64,000 nucleotides of DNA, taken from NCBI GenBank assembly GCA_963813335.1, contig CAWEYL010000003.1, positions 352,001 to 416,000 on the forward strand, written 5' to 3'. Of this stretch, positions 31,289-40,941 are shown in pieces (position 1 is the first letter of the stretch; the number at the start of each line of letters is the position of its first letter). This DNA comes from an uncultured Chloroflexia bacterium (GTDB lineage: Bacteria; Chloroflexota; Limnocylindria; Limnocylindrales; CSP1-4). The notes below the pieces were generated by a model. That model saw nothing but the letters and a program-made list of their open reading frames with translations, was not told the DNA's origin and did not search any database. The translations under genes were made by a program, and so were the position numbers.

Positions 31289-31989
31289 GGTCCCGTGGTC
31301 TCCCGTGGCGATGGGCTGACGCCGATCGGTCCGCCGGCACCTCCGGTGTCGCCGGCCGTCGACGATGGCGCGGGGCTGGGAGCGGCAGCGTGGCTGGGAA
31401 GCGTGACCTTGATGATCGTCCGAGTCTGCAGCGGCGCGGCGAGTCCGTCCATGGCCTTGATCAGCGCCGCGAGCGCCGGCCGCTGACCGGTGCTCGGCTT
31501 CTGCGGCTTCGCCCCGGTCGACGGCCCCCATTCGATGAGGATGTTCATGCCCTTGAGCGCGATCGGCGATTCGCCCTGACCGGGCTTCGAGCCGGACTTC
31601 CAGGCGGTCGCCTTGGCCAGCGCCTTGGCCGAACTGTACTGGCTGATGATGATGGGCCAGCCGGCGTACGTCGCGACGATCCGCTTGACGAGGCCGCCCT
31701 TGCCCTTGCCGCCGGCGTTCGTGGGGACCAGCCTCAGGCCGGCGGCGTTGAGCGCGGTGTAGACGGCATCGGCCGTCGCGGGCGAGGTCAGGTGGGTGAC
31801 CGGGGCCGCGGACGTGACGGTCGTGGGGTGGGCCGTGGGCGTCTCGTCCGGCGTCGTGGTGCCGCCGCAGGCCGCCGCCGCACACGCGAGGACCACGCCG
31901 ACGGCGATGGGCCGTACCGACCAGTCGCCGTGGCCACGGCCCGTTCCCCGACCGCGTCCCCGTCGCGCGAGTCGATTCGAGATTCGCAT
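31285..31989 (-). CDS. Hypothetical lipoprotein
   Basis: Lipobox-like AAACGG and Thr/Pro linker; start uncertain. Confidence 0.6.
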   Translation of the reverse strand: MRISNRLARRGRGRGTGRGHGDWSVRPIAVGVVLACAAAACGGTTTPDETPTAHPTTVTSAAPVTHLTSPATADAVYTALNAAGLRLVPTNAGGKGKGGLVKRIVATYAGWPIIISQYSSAKALAKATAWKSGSKPGQGESPIALKGMNILIEWGPSTGAKPQKPSTGQRPALAALIKAMDGLAAPLQTRTIIKVTLPSHAAAPSPAPSSTAGDTGGAGGPIGVSPSPRETTGP

Positions 31990-32062
31990 CGCGGGCCGGA
32001 TGCTAGCACCGGGTTCGCACGCTGCCGCCCGTACGGAGGTCCCGGTACCGGCGCCGCGGCGC

Positions 32063-32983
32063 TCAGCCGCGGTCGAGCTCCACGAGGGCCTTGGCGACCG
32101 CGCGGATCGATGGCAGCGTGATCGGGTCGAGGACCAGCTGCACGGTCCCGATGCCCTCGCGGGCGTAGGCGCGGAAGCCGTCGGCCAACGCCGCCGGGTC
32201 GCCGGTCAGGGATGGGATCGCGGCCTGGCTCGCGTCCCCCGACAGGCGGCCGGTGCCGCCCGGCAGCCCCACGAGGACGGCCACCGTGCGCTCGATGTCC
32301 GCGGGGTCGCGGCCCACGTCGCGGCAGGCGTCGTCGACGATGTCGCGCAGCGGGGCGACGCCCTCCGGTCGATTGCCGATGTCCGCGTACCAGGTGTTCC
32401 ACGCGCTCGCGTACGGCAGCGCGATCCGGAGCATCCTCGGGCCGTTGGACCCGATCAGCAGCGGCGGCCCGCCGGGGCGGGAGCTCGGCGGCAGCAACTC
32501 GCAGTCGCGTGCCTGGTAGTAGCGCCCGTCGAAGTCGATCGCGCCTTCGCCGAGGAGCGTGCGGATGATCGTGAACGCCTCCTCGAAGCGGTCGACCCGG
32601 TGGTCGTACGGGAAGCCGAAGGCCTTGAACTCCGTCTCGTTCCAGCCGGCACCCAGGCCGAGGATGAACCGCCCGCCGCTGATCTCGTCGATCGTCGCGG
32701 CCTGCTTGGCCAGCAGCGCCGGGTTGTGGAAGCTGGTGCAGGCCACGAACGGGCCGAACTCCACCCGACTGGTCGTCGCAGCGATAGCCGCCATCAGCGT
32801 CCATGCCTCCCACGGCCCGCGCGGCGGCCGGTCCGCCCAGCGGTAGAGCAGGTGCTCACCGAGCCAGATCGAATCGAAGCCGAGGTCCTCGATCGCGCGG
32901 ATCATGTCGAGGAGCTCCGGCCAGCGGACCTCGCGCTCGACCTCGGGCAGCTGGACGCCGACCTTGATCGGGCGGGCCGCCAT
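32063..32983 (-). CDS. LLM-class flavin-dependent oxidoreductase
   Basis: GFDSIWLGEH, ISGGRFILGLGAGW. Confidence 0.92.
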   Translation of the reverse strand: MAARPIKVGVQLPEVEREVRWPELLDMIRAIEDLGFDSIWLGEHLLYRWADRPPRGPWEAWTLMAAIAATTSRVEFGPFVACTSFHNPALLAKQAATIDEISGGRFILGLGAGWNETEFKAFGFPYDHRVDRFEEAFTIIRTLLGEGAIDFDGRYYQARDCELLPPSSRPGGPPLLIGSNGPRMLRIALPYASAWNTWYADIGNRPEGVAPLRDIVDDACRDVGRDPADIERTVAVLVGLPGGTGRLSGDASQAAIPSLTGDPAALADGFRAYAREGIGTVQLVLDPITLPSIRAVAKALVELDRG

Positions 32984-34041
32984 CAGCCGCGGGTCGCGAC
33001 GGCCGCCGCGATCGCGCGCAGGTGGTCGGGCGTGCTGCCGCAGCAGCCGCCGACGATCGTCGCCCCGGCGTCGCGCATCTCGCAGACCTGGCCCGCCATC
33101 GTGTCGGGGTCGGCGCGATAGACCGCGCGCATGTCGACGAGCTCGGGCATGCCGGCGTTGGACTTGGCGACGAGGACGACGTCGGGCCGGGCCGCGTGCA
33201 TCTTCGCGATGACCGGGATCAGCTCGTCCGGACCGTTCCCGCAGTTGCCCCCGACCGCGTCGGCGCCCCACGCGTCGAGCGCCGCGACCGCCTGCTCAGG
33301 GGTGACGCCCATCATCGTGTGCCCGCGGGTGTCGAAGGTCATCGTGGCGATCAGCGCGATGCTCGGCGACGCGCGGCGGACCCCCTCGATGGCGGCCTTG
33401 ATCTCGTTGAGGTCCGACATGGTCTCGATCCAGATCAGGTCCACGCCGCCGGCGATCAGCGACGCGGCCTGCTCGTGGAAGATGTCGACGGCCTCCGCGT
33501 AGGGGAGCGTGCCCAGCGGCTCCACGATCTCGCCGGACGGGCCGATGTCGCCGGCCACCAGCGCCGTGCCGCCGGCGGCGTCCACCTCGGCGCGGAGCAG
33601 GATCGCCGCGGTCCGGTTGAGCTCGTCGACCGAGTCGGCATGCCCGCTCAGCTTCAGCCTTGCCCGGTTGCCGCCGAACGTGTTGGTGAGCAGGATCTGC
33701 GAGCCCGCCTCGATGTAGGCGCGCTGGATCCGGCGGATGACATCGGGGTGGGCGAGGTTCCAGACCTCGGGCGGGTCGCCGAACTGCAGGCCGTTGGCGA
33801 ACAGCATCGTGCCCATCGCGCCGTCGGCAACGATCGGGCCGCCCTGGGCGAGCAGCGCGCGGAACTTCGCGCTCGCCGCGCCGCCGTCGATCGAGCGGCG
33901 GGTCGCGAGGTCGGGGAAGGCCGCGCGGTCGACGTCCTCGACCTGCGCGGCAGGGCCGCCATCGTGGCTCGCGCCGTTCGAGGCGCGCACAGCCGCCTCG
34001 TCGAGCCGCCGGGTCCTGGTGCCGCGTCGAACGCCGTCCAT
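32983..34041 (-). CDS. Homocysteine S-methyltransferase family protein (stand-alone)
   Basis: DGAMGT, TNTFG, GDIGPSG, ETMSD, GGNC, GGCCG. Confidence 0.92.
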   Translation of the reverse strand: MDGVRRGTRTRRLDEAAVRASNGASHDGGPAAQVEDVDRAAFPDLATRRSIDGGAASAKFRALLAQGGPIVADGAMGTMLFANGLQFGDPPEVWNLAHPDVIRRIQRAYIEAGSQILLTNTFGGNRARLKLSGHADSVDELNRTAAILLRAEVDAAGGTALVAGDIGPSGEIVEPLGTLPYAEAVDIFHEQAASLIAGGVDLIWIETMSDLNEIKAAIEGVRRASPSIALIATMTFDTRGHTMMGVTPEQAVAALDAWGADAVGGNCGNGPDELIPVIAKMHAARPDVVLVAKSNAGMPELVDMRAVYRADPDTMAGQVCEMRDAGATIVGGCCGSTPDHLRAIAAAVATRG

Positions 34042-34068
34042 GCCCGGCATCATCCCACGCCCGGTGGG

Positions 34069-34098
34069 TTGACAGCGATGTGGCGTGTCCCGCACCCT
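34069..34098 (+). promoter_or_regulatory. Candidate housekeeping-sigma promoter for the leader/LysE transcript
   Basis: TTGACA at 34069 and weak -10 CACCCT 18 nt downstream. Confidence 0.45.
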
Positions 34099-34107
34099 GC
34101 GCCCGAC

Positions 34108-34179
34108 ATGCATCACGCCATCGCGTCGACCTTCGCGACCACGTCGCAGCAGCAGCCCTGGAGGGCCTGCTCGACCTGA
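34108..34179 (+). CDS. Putative leader peptide MHHAIASTFATTSQQQPWRACST
   Basis: 23-codon ORF between the candidate promoter and the terminator hairpin upstream of the LysE gene. Confidence 0.5.
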   Translation: MHHAIASTFATTSQQQPWRACST

Positions 34180-34220
34180 TACGCCGCGCCCGGACCGGGC
34201 GCCACGACCACGGTGAGACG

Positions 34221-34258
34221 ACCGCCCTCAGCTGAGATGCTGGGGGCGGTTTCCTTTT
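34221..34258 (+). terminator. Attenuator-type intrinsic terminator upstream of the LysE gene
   Basis: Stem ACCGCCCTCAGC/GCTGGGGGCGGT (one G-U), then TTCCTTTT, immediately before GGAGG and ATG. Confidence 0.7.
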
Positions 34259-34269
34259 GGAGGCAGAAC

Positions 34270-34896
34270 ATGGATCCCGCGCTCCTCGTCAGGGGCTTCA
34301 TCCTCGGGTTCACGATCGCGGCCGCGGTCGGACCGATCTCGGTGCTCGTCATCCGCCGCACGCTGGCGGAGGGACAGGCGGTCGGGCTCGCGTCCGGCCT
34401 GGGCGTGGCGACCGCGGACGCCACGTACGGCGCGATCGCGGCGTTCGGCCTGTCGGCCATCACCGACGTGCTCGTCGGCGGCGGTCGATGGTTGGGGCTG
34501 ATCGGCGGGCTGTTCCTGCTCTGGCTCGCCTGGAAGACCGTGCGTGCCGAGCCGGGTGCGGCCGCGACCGTGACCGAGCGCCGCGGCGGGCTGCCCGGCG
34601 CCTACCTCTCGATCCTGGGCCTGACGATGACCAACCCGATGACCATCCTCTCGTTCGGGGCGCTGTTCGCCGGGCTCGGGGTGACCGGCGAGAACGCACT
34701 GGAGTCGGCGCTGATCACGCTTGGCGTCTTCTCCGGCTCGGGCGCCTGGTGGGTGATCCTGACGACGGTCGTCGGCCGGCTGCGCGCGCGGGTCACGCCG
34801 CGCGGGCTGCGCATCGTCAACGTCGTGTCCGGCGTGGTGATCGGGACCTTCGCGATCGCGGCCATCGTGCTGGCCGTGCGCGGCCCGGCGGCCTAG
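34270..34896 (+). CDS. LysE/RhtB family amino-acid exporter
   Basis: GFTIAAAVGPI...IRRTL, GVATADATY, LTMTNPMTI. Confidence 0.92.
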   Translation: MDPALLVRGFILGFTIAAAVGPISVLVIRRTLAEGQAVGLASGLGVATADATYGAIAAFGLSAITDVLVGGGRWLGLIGGLFLLWLAWKTVRAEPGAAATVTERRGGLPGAYLSILGLTMTNPMTILSFGALFAGLGVTGENALESALITLGVFSGSGAWWVILTTVVGRLRARVTPRGLRIVNVVSGVVIGTFAIAAIVLAVRGPAA

Positions 34897-35297
34897 GCGT
34901 CGGCCGGCTTCTCCTGGATCGTCCAGCTGTTGCCGTCCGGGTCGTCGAAGAACAGGAACGAGTTCCACGGCTCGCCCGGGCCGTCGACCCACGTGCCGGC
35001 GTCGTTGTGGCGGACCGGAGTGACGTCGAGGCCGCGGGCGACGAGCTCCTCACGGCAGGCGGCGATGTCCGCGACCACCAGCTGCATGCCCTTGACCGAG
35101 CCCGGCACGGCATCGGTGAGCCCTGTGCCGATCGTCACGGAGCAGGCGGAGCCCGGCGGGGTCATCTGGACGACGCGGAACGAATCGCCGAACGACCGGT
35201 CGACGTCGACGACGAACCCGACCTGCTCGGCGTAGAACGCCTTCGATCGGTCGACGTCCGAGACGGGGATGACGACGACCTCGAGCTTCATGTCCAT
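34893..35297 (-). CDS. VOC/glyoxalase family protein
   Basis: IPVSDVDRSKAFY, QMTPPGSAC, FDDPDGNSW. Confidence 0.9.
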   Translation of the reverse strand: MDMKLEVVVIPVSDVDRSKAFYAEQVGFVVDVDRSFGDSFRVVQMTPPGSACSVTIGTGLTDAVPGSVKGMQLVVADIAACREELVARGLDVTPVRHNDAGTWVDGPGEPWNSFLFFDDPDGNSWTIQEKPADA

Positions 35298-35425
35298 CGG
35301 GCGGTCTCCTTCGACGTTGTGGCGGCGCGGCGGGCAGGGCGCCGATCTGCGGCACGACCCGCCCGATGGTACGGCCGCAGGACGATGGGTCGGCCGGCGA
35401 CCCGAGGGGGCCACCGGCCGAAGCG

Positions 35426-36316
35426 CTATTCGAACTCGATGGTCGATACGACAGCCTCGACGTCCGCCACATCGGCAGCGGGGGTGTCAGCGAAGTGGAT
35501 CGCGTCGATGACGATCGGGGTGCCGTTGACATCGACGACCCACAGGCGATCCGTCGCGCCACCGTTGGTGCCCGGTCCGGCGTCGGTGCCGGTCGGCGTC
35601 GGGAACCGCCAGAAGTTGAGCAGGCCGCCGGCGGGACACTCCGGGGAGTCAGCGTTGATCGCGTTCGTCAGCACGAACGTCTTCGCGGCACGGCCACCGA
35701 TGCTCGTGTCGGTCACCGGCCCGGGATCGAAACCGGTCATGGTCGTGAGCGAGGTGACGAGCGACGCGACCGAGGGCGGCGCGGGCGACCCCCCGGGGGC
35801 GGGATCCACGTGGCATGGATCGGGAATGACGGTCTGCGCCTGCTCGACGACCAGCCACGGCATGCTCGCCCCCGGCTTGGTGAGCTGCACCGACGCGAGC
35901 TGGATCCGGGTGGCGCGCCAGCCGAGACCCAGCGACAGGGAGAACGGGTGCGCGAAGGGATCGCCGGCACGATAGGTGCCTGGTACCAGACGGTTGTCGA
36001 TCTGCTCAACGTACAGGGCGGGCAGTGTCGCGGTCGGGGCCGTCGGGCTCGCGGTGGGACCAGGCACGCCGACGCTGGCGTTCCGGGGCAGGAGGGCATA
36101 GCCGGCGACGGCCACGACGGCGATCGCTGCGGCGGCGACACCCAGTCGAGCTGGGGTAGACATGGTCGAGAACCTCCACGCCGGCCACGTGTGGCGGCGC
36201 TGTGGGGTCGATGGCACCTCGTCGAGGACGGCGTCCAGGACGCGCTCAGGCATCCGGTCGACCCCTTCGGAGAGCCAGGACCGAACGATGGTGGTGACCT
36301 CGGGATCCGTTCTCAT
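35426..36316 (-). CDS. Putative anti-sigma factor (N-terminal domain, TM, extracytoplasmic domain)
   Basis: Coupled to the ECF gene; VRSWL...VLDAVLDEV...QRR, TM helix, Pro/Thr linker. Confidence 0.7.
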   Translation of the reverse strand: MRTDPEVTTIVRSWLSEGVDRMPERVLDAVLDEVPSTPQRRHTWPAWRFSTMSTPARLGVAAAAIAVVAVAGYALLPRNASVGVPGPTASPTAPTATLPALYVEQIDNRLVPGTYRAGDPFAHPFSLSLGLGWRATRIQLASVQLTKPGASMPWLVVEQAQTVIPDPCHVDPAPGGSPAPPSVASLVTSLTTMTGFDPGPVTDTSIGGRAAKTFVLTNAINADSPECPAGGLLNFWRFPTPTGTDAGPGTNGGATDRLWVVDVNGTPIVIDAIHFADTPAADVADVEAVVSTIEFE

Positions 36317-36861
36317 CGAGTCGCCTCCCGGGCGGTCGGTCGCGCGTCGGCCTCGAGGGCCGCGCGCAGGCCACGCATCGCATGATGTAGGCGGGATCTG
36401 ACCGTCCCGACGGGGACGCCGAGGGTCTCGGCGACCTCGTCGAGCGGCAGGTCGAGGTAGTGGTGCAGCACGACCACCACGCGGTGGTCGATGGAAAGTC
36501 GGCGGAAGCCGCGCTCGAGCTGGTCGCGATCGACGACCGAGCCCAGGCCCTCGCCCGCCGCCGGCTCATCGGCCGGGAGCAGGCGGAGGTTCGGCGCCCA
36601 ATGGCGGGTTCGACGGCCCTCGCTGTAGCAGGCGCGGACGAGGAGCCGGTACGACCAGGCGTCGAAGCGCGCCGGGTCGCGGAGCTGCGGGAGGTCCCGC
36701 CAGATCGCGAGCAGCGCCTGCTGCGTCGCATCCTCGGCGAGGTCGGTGTCGCGCAGGATCCTGTGCGCCACCGCGTGGAGACGGTCGCCCACGGCCACAG
36801 CGAGGCTCGCGAAGGCCTCCTCGTCGCCGCGCTGTGCCAGAAGCACGAGCTGGGTGTCCAT
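36313..36861 (-). CDS. ECF RNA polymerase sigma factor (paralog of 3722-4279)
   Basis: AEDATQQAL...LRDPARFDAW; LGVPVGTVRSRL. Confidence 0.93.
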   Translation of the reverse strand: MDTQLVLLAQRGDEEAFASLAVAVGDRLHAVAHRILRDTDLAEDATQQALLAIWRDLPQLRDPARFDAWSYRLLVRACYSEGRRTRHWAPNLRLLPADEPAAGEGLGSVVDRDQLERGFRRLSIDHRVVVVLHHYLDLPLDEVAETLGVPVGTVRSRLHHAMRGLRAALEADARPTAREATR

Positions 36862-36976
36862 ACGCTCCACACCTGCGGCGTCGATCATCGTCGACGTCTG
36901 AACGGTATGGGCAACGCACCGGCGACGGGGATGCAATCTTCGTCGGATCGTGCCCGGCCGACGCTACAGTGCGCCG

Positions 36977-37636
36977 ATGGCCGCCTCGTCGCGCGCGTTC
37001 GTCCTGCGCCACACCCACCTCCGCCCGGTCGCCGGGCTCGAGGACGTGCGGCTCCACCTGGCCGACGAGATCCTGCCGCTGTGGCACGCCGCCCAGGTCG
37101 AGACCGGCGACCCGGACGCCGCCCTGCCCTACTGGGCGTTCGCGTGGGGCGGTGGACTGGCCATCGGGCGCTACCTGCGGGACCGTCCCGAGGCCGTCGC
37201 CGGGCGGCGGGTCTTCGACCTCGGCTCAGGCTCCGGGCTCGGCGCGATCGCGGCGATGCGTGCTGGGGCGAGCATGGCCGTGGCCAGCGACATCGACCGG
37301 TTCGCGGTCGCGGCGATCCCCCTCAACGCGCGCGCCAACGACGTCCGCGTCGACAGCATCCGGCGCGACGTCCTCGATGAGGACCCGCCCGACGCGGACG
37401 TCATCCTCGCCGCGGACACCTGGTACGAGGCCGGGCTGGCGCGACGGGTGCTGCCGTGGCTCCAGCGGGCGCAGGCGCAGGGCATCGACGTCCTGGTCGG
37501 CGACCCCGGCCGCCGCGACCTGCCGACCGACGAGCTGGTCGAGCTCGCCGCCTACGACGTCCGCACGACCACCGAGCTCGAAGACCTCAAGCTGACCCAG
37601 GCTCGCGCCTACCGGTTGCGCGGCCCGTCCCGCTGA
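36977..37636 (+). CDS. Class I SAM methyltransferase (nicotinamide N-methyase/PrmA-like)
   Basis: PYWAFAWGGG, DLGSGSGL, GDPGR. Confidence 0.88.
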   Translation: MAASSRAFVLRHTHLRPVAGLEDVRLHLADEILPLWHAAQVETGDPDAALPYWAFAWGGGLAIGRYLRDRPEAVAGRRVFDLGSGSGLGAIAAMRAGASMAVASDIDRFAVAAIPLNARANDVRVDSIRRDVLDEDPPDADVILAADTWYEAGLARRVLPWLQRAQAQGIDVLVGDPGRRDLPTDELVELAAYDVRTTTELEDLKLTQARAYRLRGPSR

Positions 37637-37655
37637 GGGCAAGTGGCCCGGCCGG

Positions 37656-38474
37656 TCATCCGGCTCCGGTCGAGAGGGACGCCCGCAGCGCCGCGATCTC
37701 GGCCCGCAGGCCAGCGAGCTCATGGGCGATCGCGTCGGTCGACATCGCCGCGCCTGCGGCCGTCGTCGCGGACACGGGTTCGGGCTCGGGCTCCGGCGTC
37801 CCGGGGGCCACCAGCAGGCTGGCGAGGATGCTGGCGAGCGCGCCGATGATGCCGATGCCCGCGAACATCACGAACACGGCCGTGACCCGCCCGAGGAGCG
37901 TCACCGGGTAGTGGTCGCCATAGCCGACCGTGGTGATGGTGACGATCCCCCACCACAAGGCGTCGCCGCCAGAGTGGATGTTGGCGGCGTCGCCCGCGCG
38001 GCTCTCCTGCTGGAGGACCAGGATGCTCGCGATGCTGAGCACCATCCCGGCGAGCAGGATCGTGATGAACGTCGCGTACGAGCTGCGGTTGTCGAGGACG
38101 TCCTTGACCAGCGCTGCGCGGTTCTGGCCACCGAGCAGTCGGGTGATGCGGGCCAGTCGGCTGAGGCGGGCCAGGCGGAAGAGCGCGGTGAACGGCAGGA
38201 CGCCGAAACTCGGGATCGACCCCAGCAGGTCGAGCCAGCCCCGCCGCGAGATGAAGTACGCGCGCCTCGGCCGTGAGCCGGCGAGGTTCATCGCGAAGTC
38301 GACCAGGAAGATCGCACAGATCGCATTGTCATAGACCGTGACGAGATCGCGGGTCTCCTTGTCCAGCGGCAGGATCAGCAGGACCATGAGCGCGAGCGAG
38401 AAGATCGTCAGGACCAGGATGAAGATGTTGTAGGCGTTGCCGTGCTCGCGGAATGCCGGCTGCTCGGCCGTCAT
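37656..38474 (-). CDS. Voltage-gated-type potassium channel/ion transporter
   Basis: S4-like RLARLSRLARI; pore TITTVGYGD. Confidence 0.92.
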   Translation of the reverse strand: MTAEQPAFREHGNAYNIFILVLTIFSLALMVLLILPLDKETRDLVTVYDNAICAIFLVDFAMNLAGSRPRRAYFISRRGWLDLLGSIPSFGVLPFTALFRLARLSRLARITRLLGGQNRAALVKDVLDNRSSYATFITILLAGMVLSIASILVLQQESRAGDAANIHSGGDALWWGIVTITTVGYGDHYPVTLLGRVTAVFVMFAGIGIIGALASILASLLVAPGTPEPEPEPVSATTAAGAAMSTDAIAHELAGLRAEIAALRASLSTGAG

Positions 38475-38590
38475 GGGCGCTACCTCCTCACATGTGGGAC
38501 CCCGGGGCGGGGCGCGCCCATCGTAGGGTCCCGGGGTGACCCCGGTGAGGGACGGGTAGCGGCGGGCGAGGCTGGTGGTGGTCGGGAGGC

Positions 38591-38667
38591 TGGTCGGGGA
38601 GGCGGGATTCGAACCCACGATCTCGTGCTCCCAAAGCACGCGCGTTGCCAGGCTACGCTACTCCCCG
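38591..38667 (-). tRNA. tRNA-Pro (anticodon TGG), CCA encoded
   Basis: CGGGGAG.../CTCCCCG-ACCA; anticodon stem CGTGC-TTTGGGA-GCACG; GGTTCGAATCC. Confidence 0.97.
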
Positions 38668-38749
38668 GTGGCCCGGCCGATGATACGACCTCATCGCCGG
38701 CGGCCCGTCCCGCGGCGCGCGAACGAGTGTCGGCGCTCGTCGACGACCG

Positions 38750-39643
38750 TCAGGCCGGCGTCGCCAGCGCTCCCGCGAGCCAGGCCAGCTCGCGTTCCGC
38801 GTCGGCGTCCTCGCCGAAGTGCCCGAAGTCGCTGGCAAAGACCTCCACCCCCGGGATGTGGGCCGCCAGCCAGTCGCCGTGGGCGGCGGGCACGAGCGTG
38901 TCGGCGCGGCCGTACCAGAGCGAGGTCCGGACCGCGATCGAGGCGACGTCGAAGCCCCACGGGACGACGAATGCGAGGTCGTCGTCGACCCAGCCGTCGA
39001 CGCCGTCGCGCAGCGTGTCGGTCATGACCTCGTCGAACACGACCCGGTCCTTGCGCTGCTGCTCGCGGTCCGATTCGGACAGCTGGTAGGCCTCGGGCAG
39101 GGCGTCGACCACGCCGCCGGCGATGCTCTCGAGGATGATCCGCCGGTCGTCCAGCAGCTGCTCGCGCAGGGCGGCCTCGCCGACCAGTGAGAGCTCGCCC
39201 TCTCGAACGTTCCCGGCCGTCTGGCCCGCGAACCAGTCGAGGCCGTCGGCACCGAACGGTGCGACCGCGACGACCGCGGCGCAGCGGATCACGCGCTCCG
39301 GCAGGAGCGCGGCGCACGCCAGCGAGTGTGGGCCGCCGCCAGAACGGCCCGTGACGGCGAACCGCTCCATGCCGAGCGCATCGGCGATCGTGCGGACATC
39401 CTCGGCGATGTCGGCGACGCGGCGGCCCGGCCGGCGGGTCGACGCGCCGTACCCGGCCCGGTCGAACGTGACGCGCCGGACGCCCATGCGCTCGTAGATC
39501 GAGGCGTCGCGCCAGCGGCCGAGCCGGCTGCCCGGCGTGCCGTGGATGGCCACGATCGGGAACCCGTCCGGATCGCCCCACTCGGCGACCGCGAGGGTCC
39601 GGCCGTCCGCGGCCGGGATCCGATGCTCGATCCGGTCGCTCAT
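38750..39643 (-). CDS. Alpha/beta hydrolase
   Basis: HGTPGSR, GRSGGGPH, GH. Confidence 0.9.
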   Translation of the reverse strand: MSDRIEHRIPAADGRTLAVAEWGDPDGFPIVAIHGTPGSRLGRWRDASIYERMGVRRVTFDRAGYGASTRRPGRRVADIAEDVRTIADALGMERFAVTGRSGGGPHSLACAALLPERVIRCAAVVAVAPFGADGLDWFAGQTAGNVREGELSLVGEAALREQLLDDRRIILESIAGGVVDALPEAYQLSESDREQQRKDRVVFDEVMTDTLRDGVDGWVDDDLAFVVPWGFDVASIAVRTSLWYGRADTLVPAAHGDWLAAHIPGVEVFASDFGHFGEDADAERELAWLAGALATPA

Positions 39644-39648
39644 CGCGC

Positions 39649-40281
39649 TCACAGGGCCCACGCGGCACCGCCGCTGCGCTCGCGGACCACGTTCCCGAGC
39701 CACATGATGGCCGTGCCGATCGCCAGGAAGCCGACGGTGATGCCGACGCCATAGACCACCACGCTCGCATAGCCGCCGTTCGCCGGGTCGAGGAACGGAT
39801 ACGGATACCAGCCGTCGATGGCGCCGCGGACCAGCGTGAAGGTCAGCCACACGAGCGGGAAGACCAGCCAAACGAGGGTCTGGCGTGGCCGGAGCCGCGT
39901 CGACGGCGGGGCGATCAGCCAGTCGGCGACCAGGTAGACGGGGACCGCCTTGTGGACCACGAAGTCGACCCAGGCCACCGCCACCTGGAGGTCCTCGCCG
40001 GACAGGAACAGGATCACGACGAAGAAGGTGACGACCAGGTAGACCACGGCTGCGCCGCGGAGCAGGTCGACCCGACGGGAGCGGACATCGCGCCAGACGG
40101 TCGCCATGGCCAACAGCAGGAACGCCGCGAACAGGTTGCTCAGCACCGTGAAGAACGCGAAGAACCGGGACGGGTCGAACGTCCCGGCCTGCGCCGAGGT
40201 GACGATCTGGTAGCCGAGCGCGAACAGCCCGAGCGCGCCGAACGTGGCGCGCACCACGGGGAGTGCCCCTCGACGATCCAT
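39649..40281 (-). CDS. Pr6Pr family membrane protein
   Basis: FFTVLSN, VVH, WYPYPFLDP. Confidence 0.85.
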   Translation of the reverse strand: MDRRGALPVVRATFGALGLFALGYQIVTSAQAGTFDPSRFFAFFTVLSNLFAAFLLLAMATVWRDVRSRRVDLLRGAAVVYLVVTFFVVILFLSGEDLQVAVAWVDFVVHKAVPVYLVADWLIAPPSTRLRPRQTLVWLVFPLVWLTFTLVRGAIDGWYPYPFLDPANGGYASVVVYGVGITVGFLAIGTAIMWLGNVVRERSGGAAWAL

Positions 40282-40303
40282 CGCGACCGATCGTAGCGGG
40301 TCG

Positions 40304-40729
40304 TCAGCCCTCGGGCGGGGTCTCCGGGTCGAGCGTGAGCGCGGCGGAGTTGATGCAGTAGCGCAGTCCGGTCGGGTTCGGCCCGTCCTCGAAGACGTGG
40401 CCGAGGTGGCCGCCACAGGCCGCGCACATCGCCTCGGTCCGGGTCATGAAGAACGAACGGTCGGTTTCGGTCGCCACAGCGGCCGGGTCGGCCGGGGCGA
40501 AGAAGCTCGGCCAGCCGGTCCCCGACTCGAACTTCGTCCCGGAGGAGAACAGCGGGGCGCCGCAGCCGGCGCACCGGTAGGTCCCGGCTCGGTGCTCGTC
40601 CCACAGCTCGCCGGTGAAGGCTCGCTCGGTGCCCTTCTGGCGGAGCACCCGGTACTGCTCGGGGGTGAGGTCGGCACGCCATTCGGCGTCGGTCCTGGTC
40701 TGGGCGGACGGGCCCTTGGTCTCATGCAT
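40304..40729 (-). CDS. msrB: Peptide-methionine (R)-S-oxide reductase
   Basis: [33 protein letters not shown]. Confidence 0.96.
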   Translation of the reverse strand: MHETKGPSAQTRTDAEWRADLTPEQYRVLRQKGTERAFTGELWDEHRAGTYRCAGCGAPLFSSGTKFESGTGWPSFFAPADPAAVATETDRSFFMTRTEAMCAACGGHLGHVFEDGPNPTGLRYCINSAALTLDPETPPEG

Positions 40730-40941
40730 GGGCCGATGATGCGCCACGACTGTCTCGCCACGATGACGAGCCGTGGCGTCACGCCGGCAGCGGACCGGTC
40801 GTCCATGAGCCAGACGCCGGGTGGTCAAGGCAGGCTAAATCGACCGCCCGGCGTCACCACGTCACGGTCTGGCAGTCGCAGCTACAATCGGGTGCGACCA
40901 CCGGCGCCTGGCGCCCCTCGAACGGAGGAACCTCAGCCCGC

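Noticed and set aside
34180-34260. SAM riboswitch near the methionine-related genes
   Set aside because: SAM-I core elements were not recognisable; a leader-peptide attenuator fits better, pending an Rfam scan.
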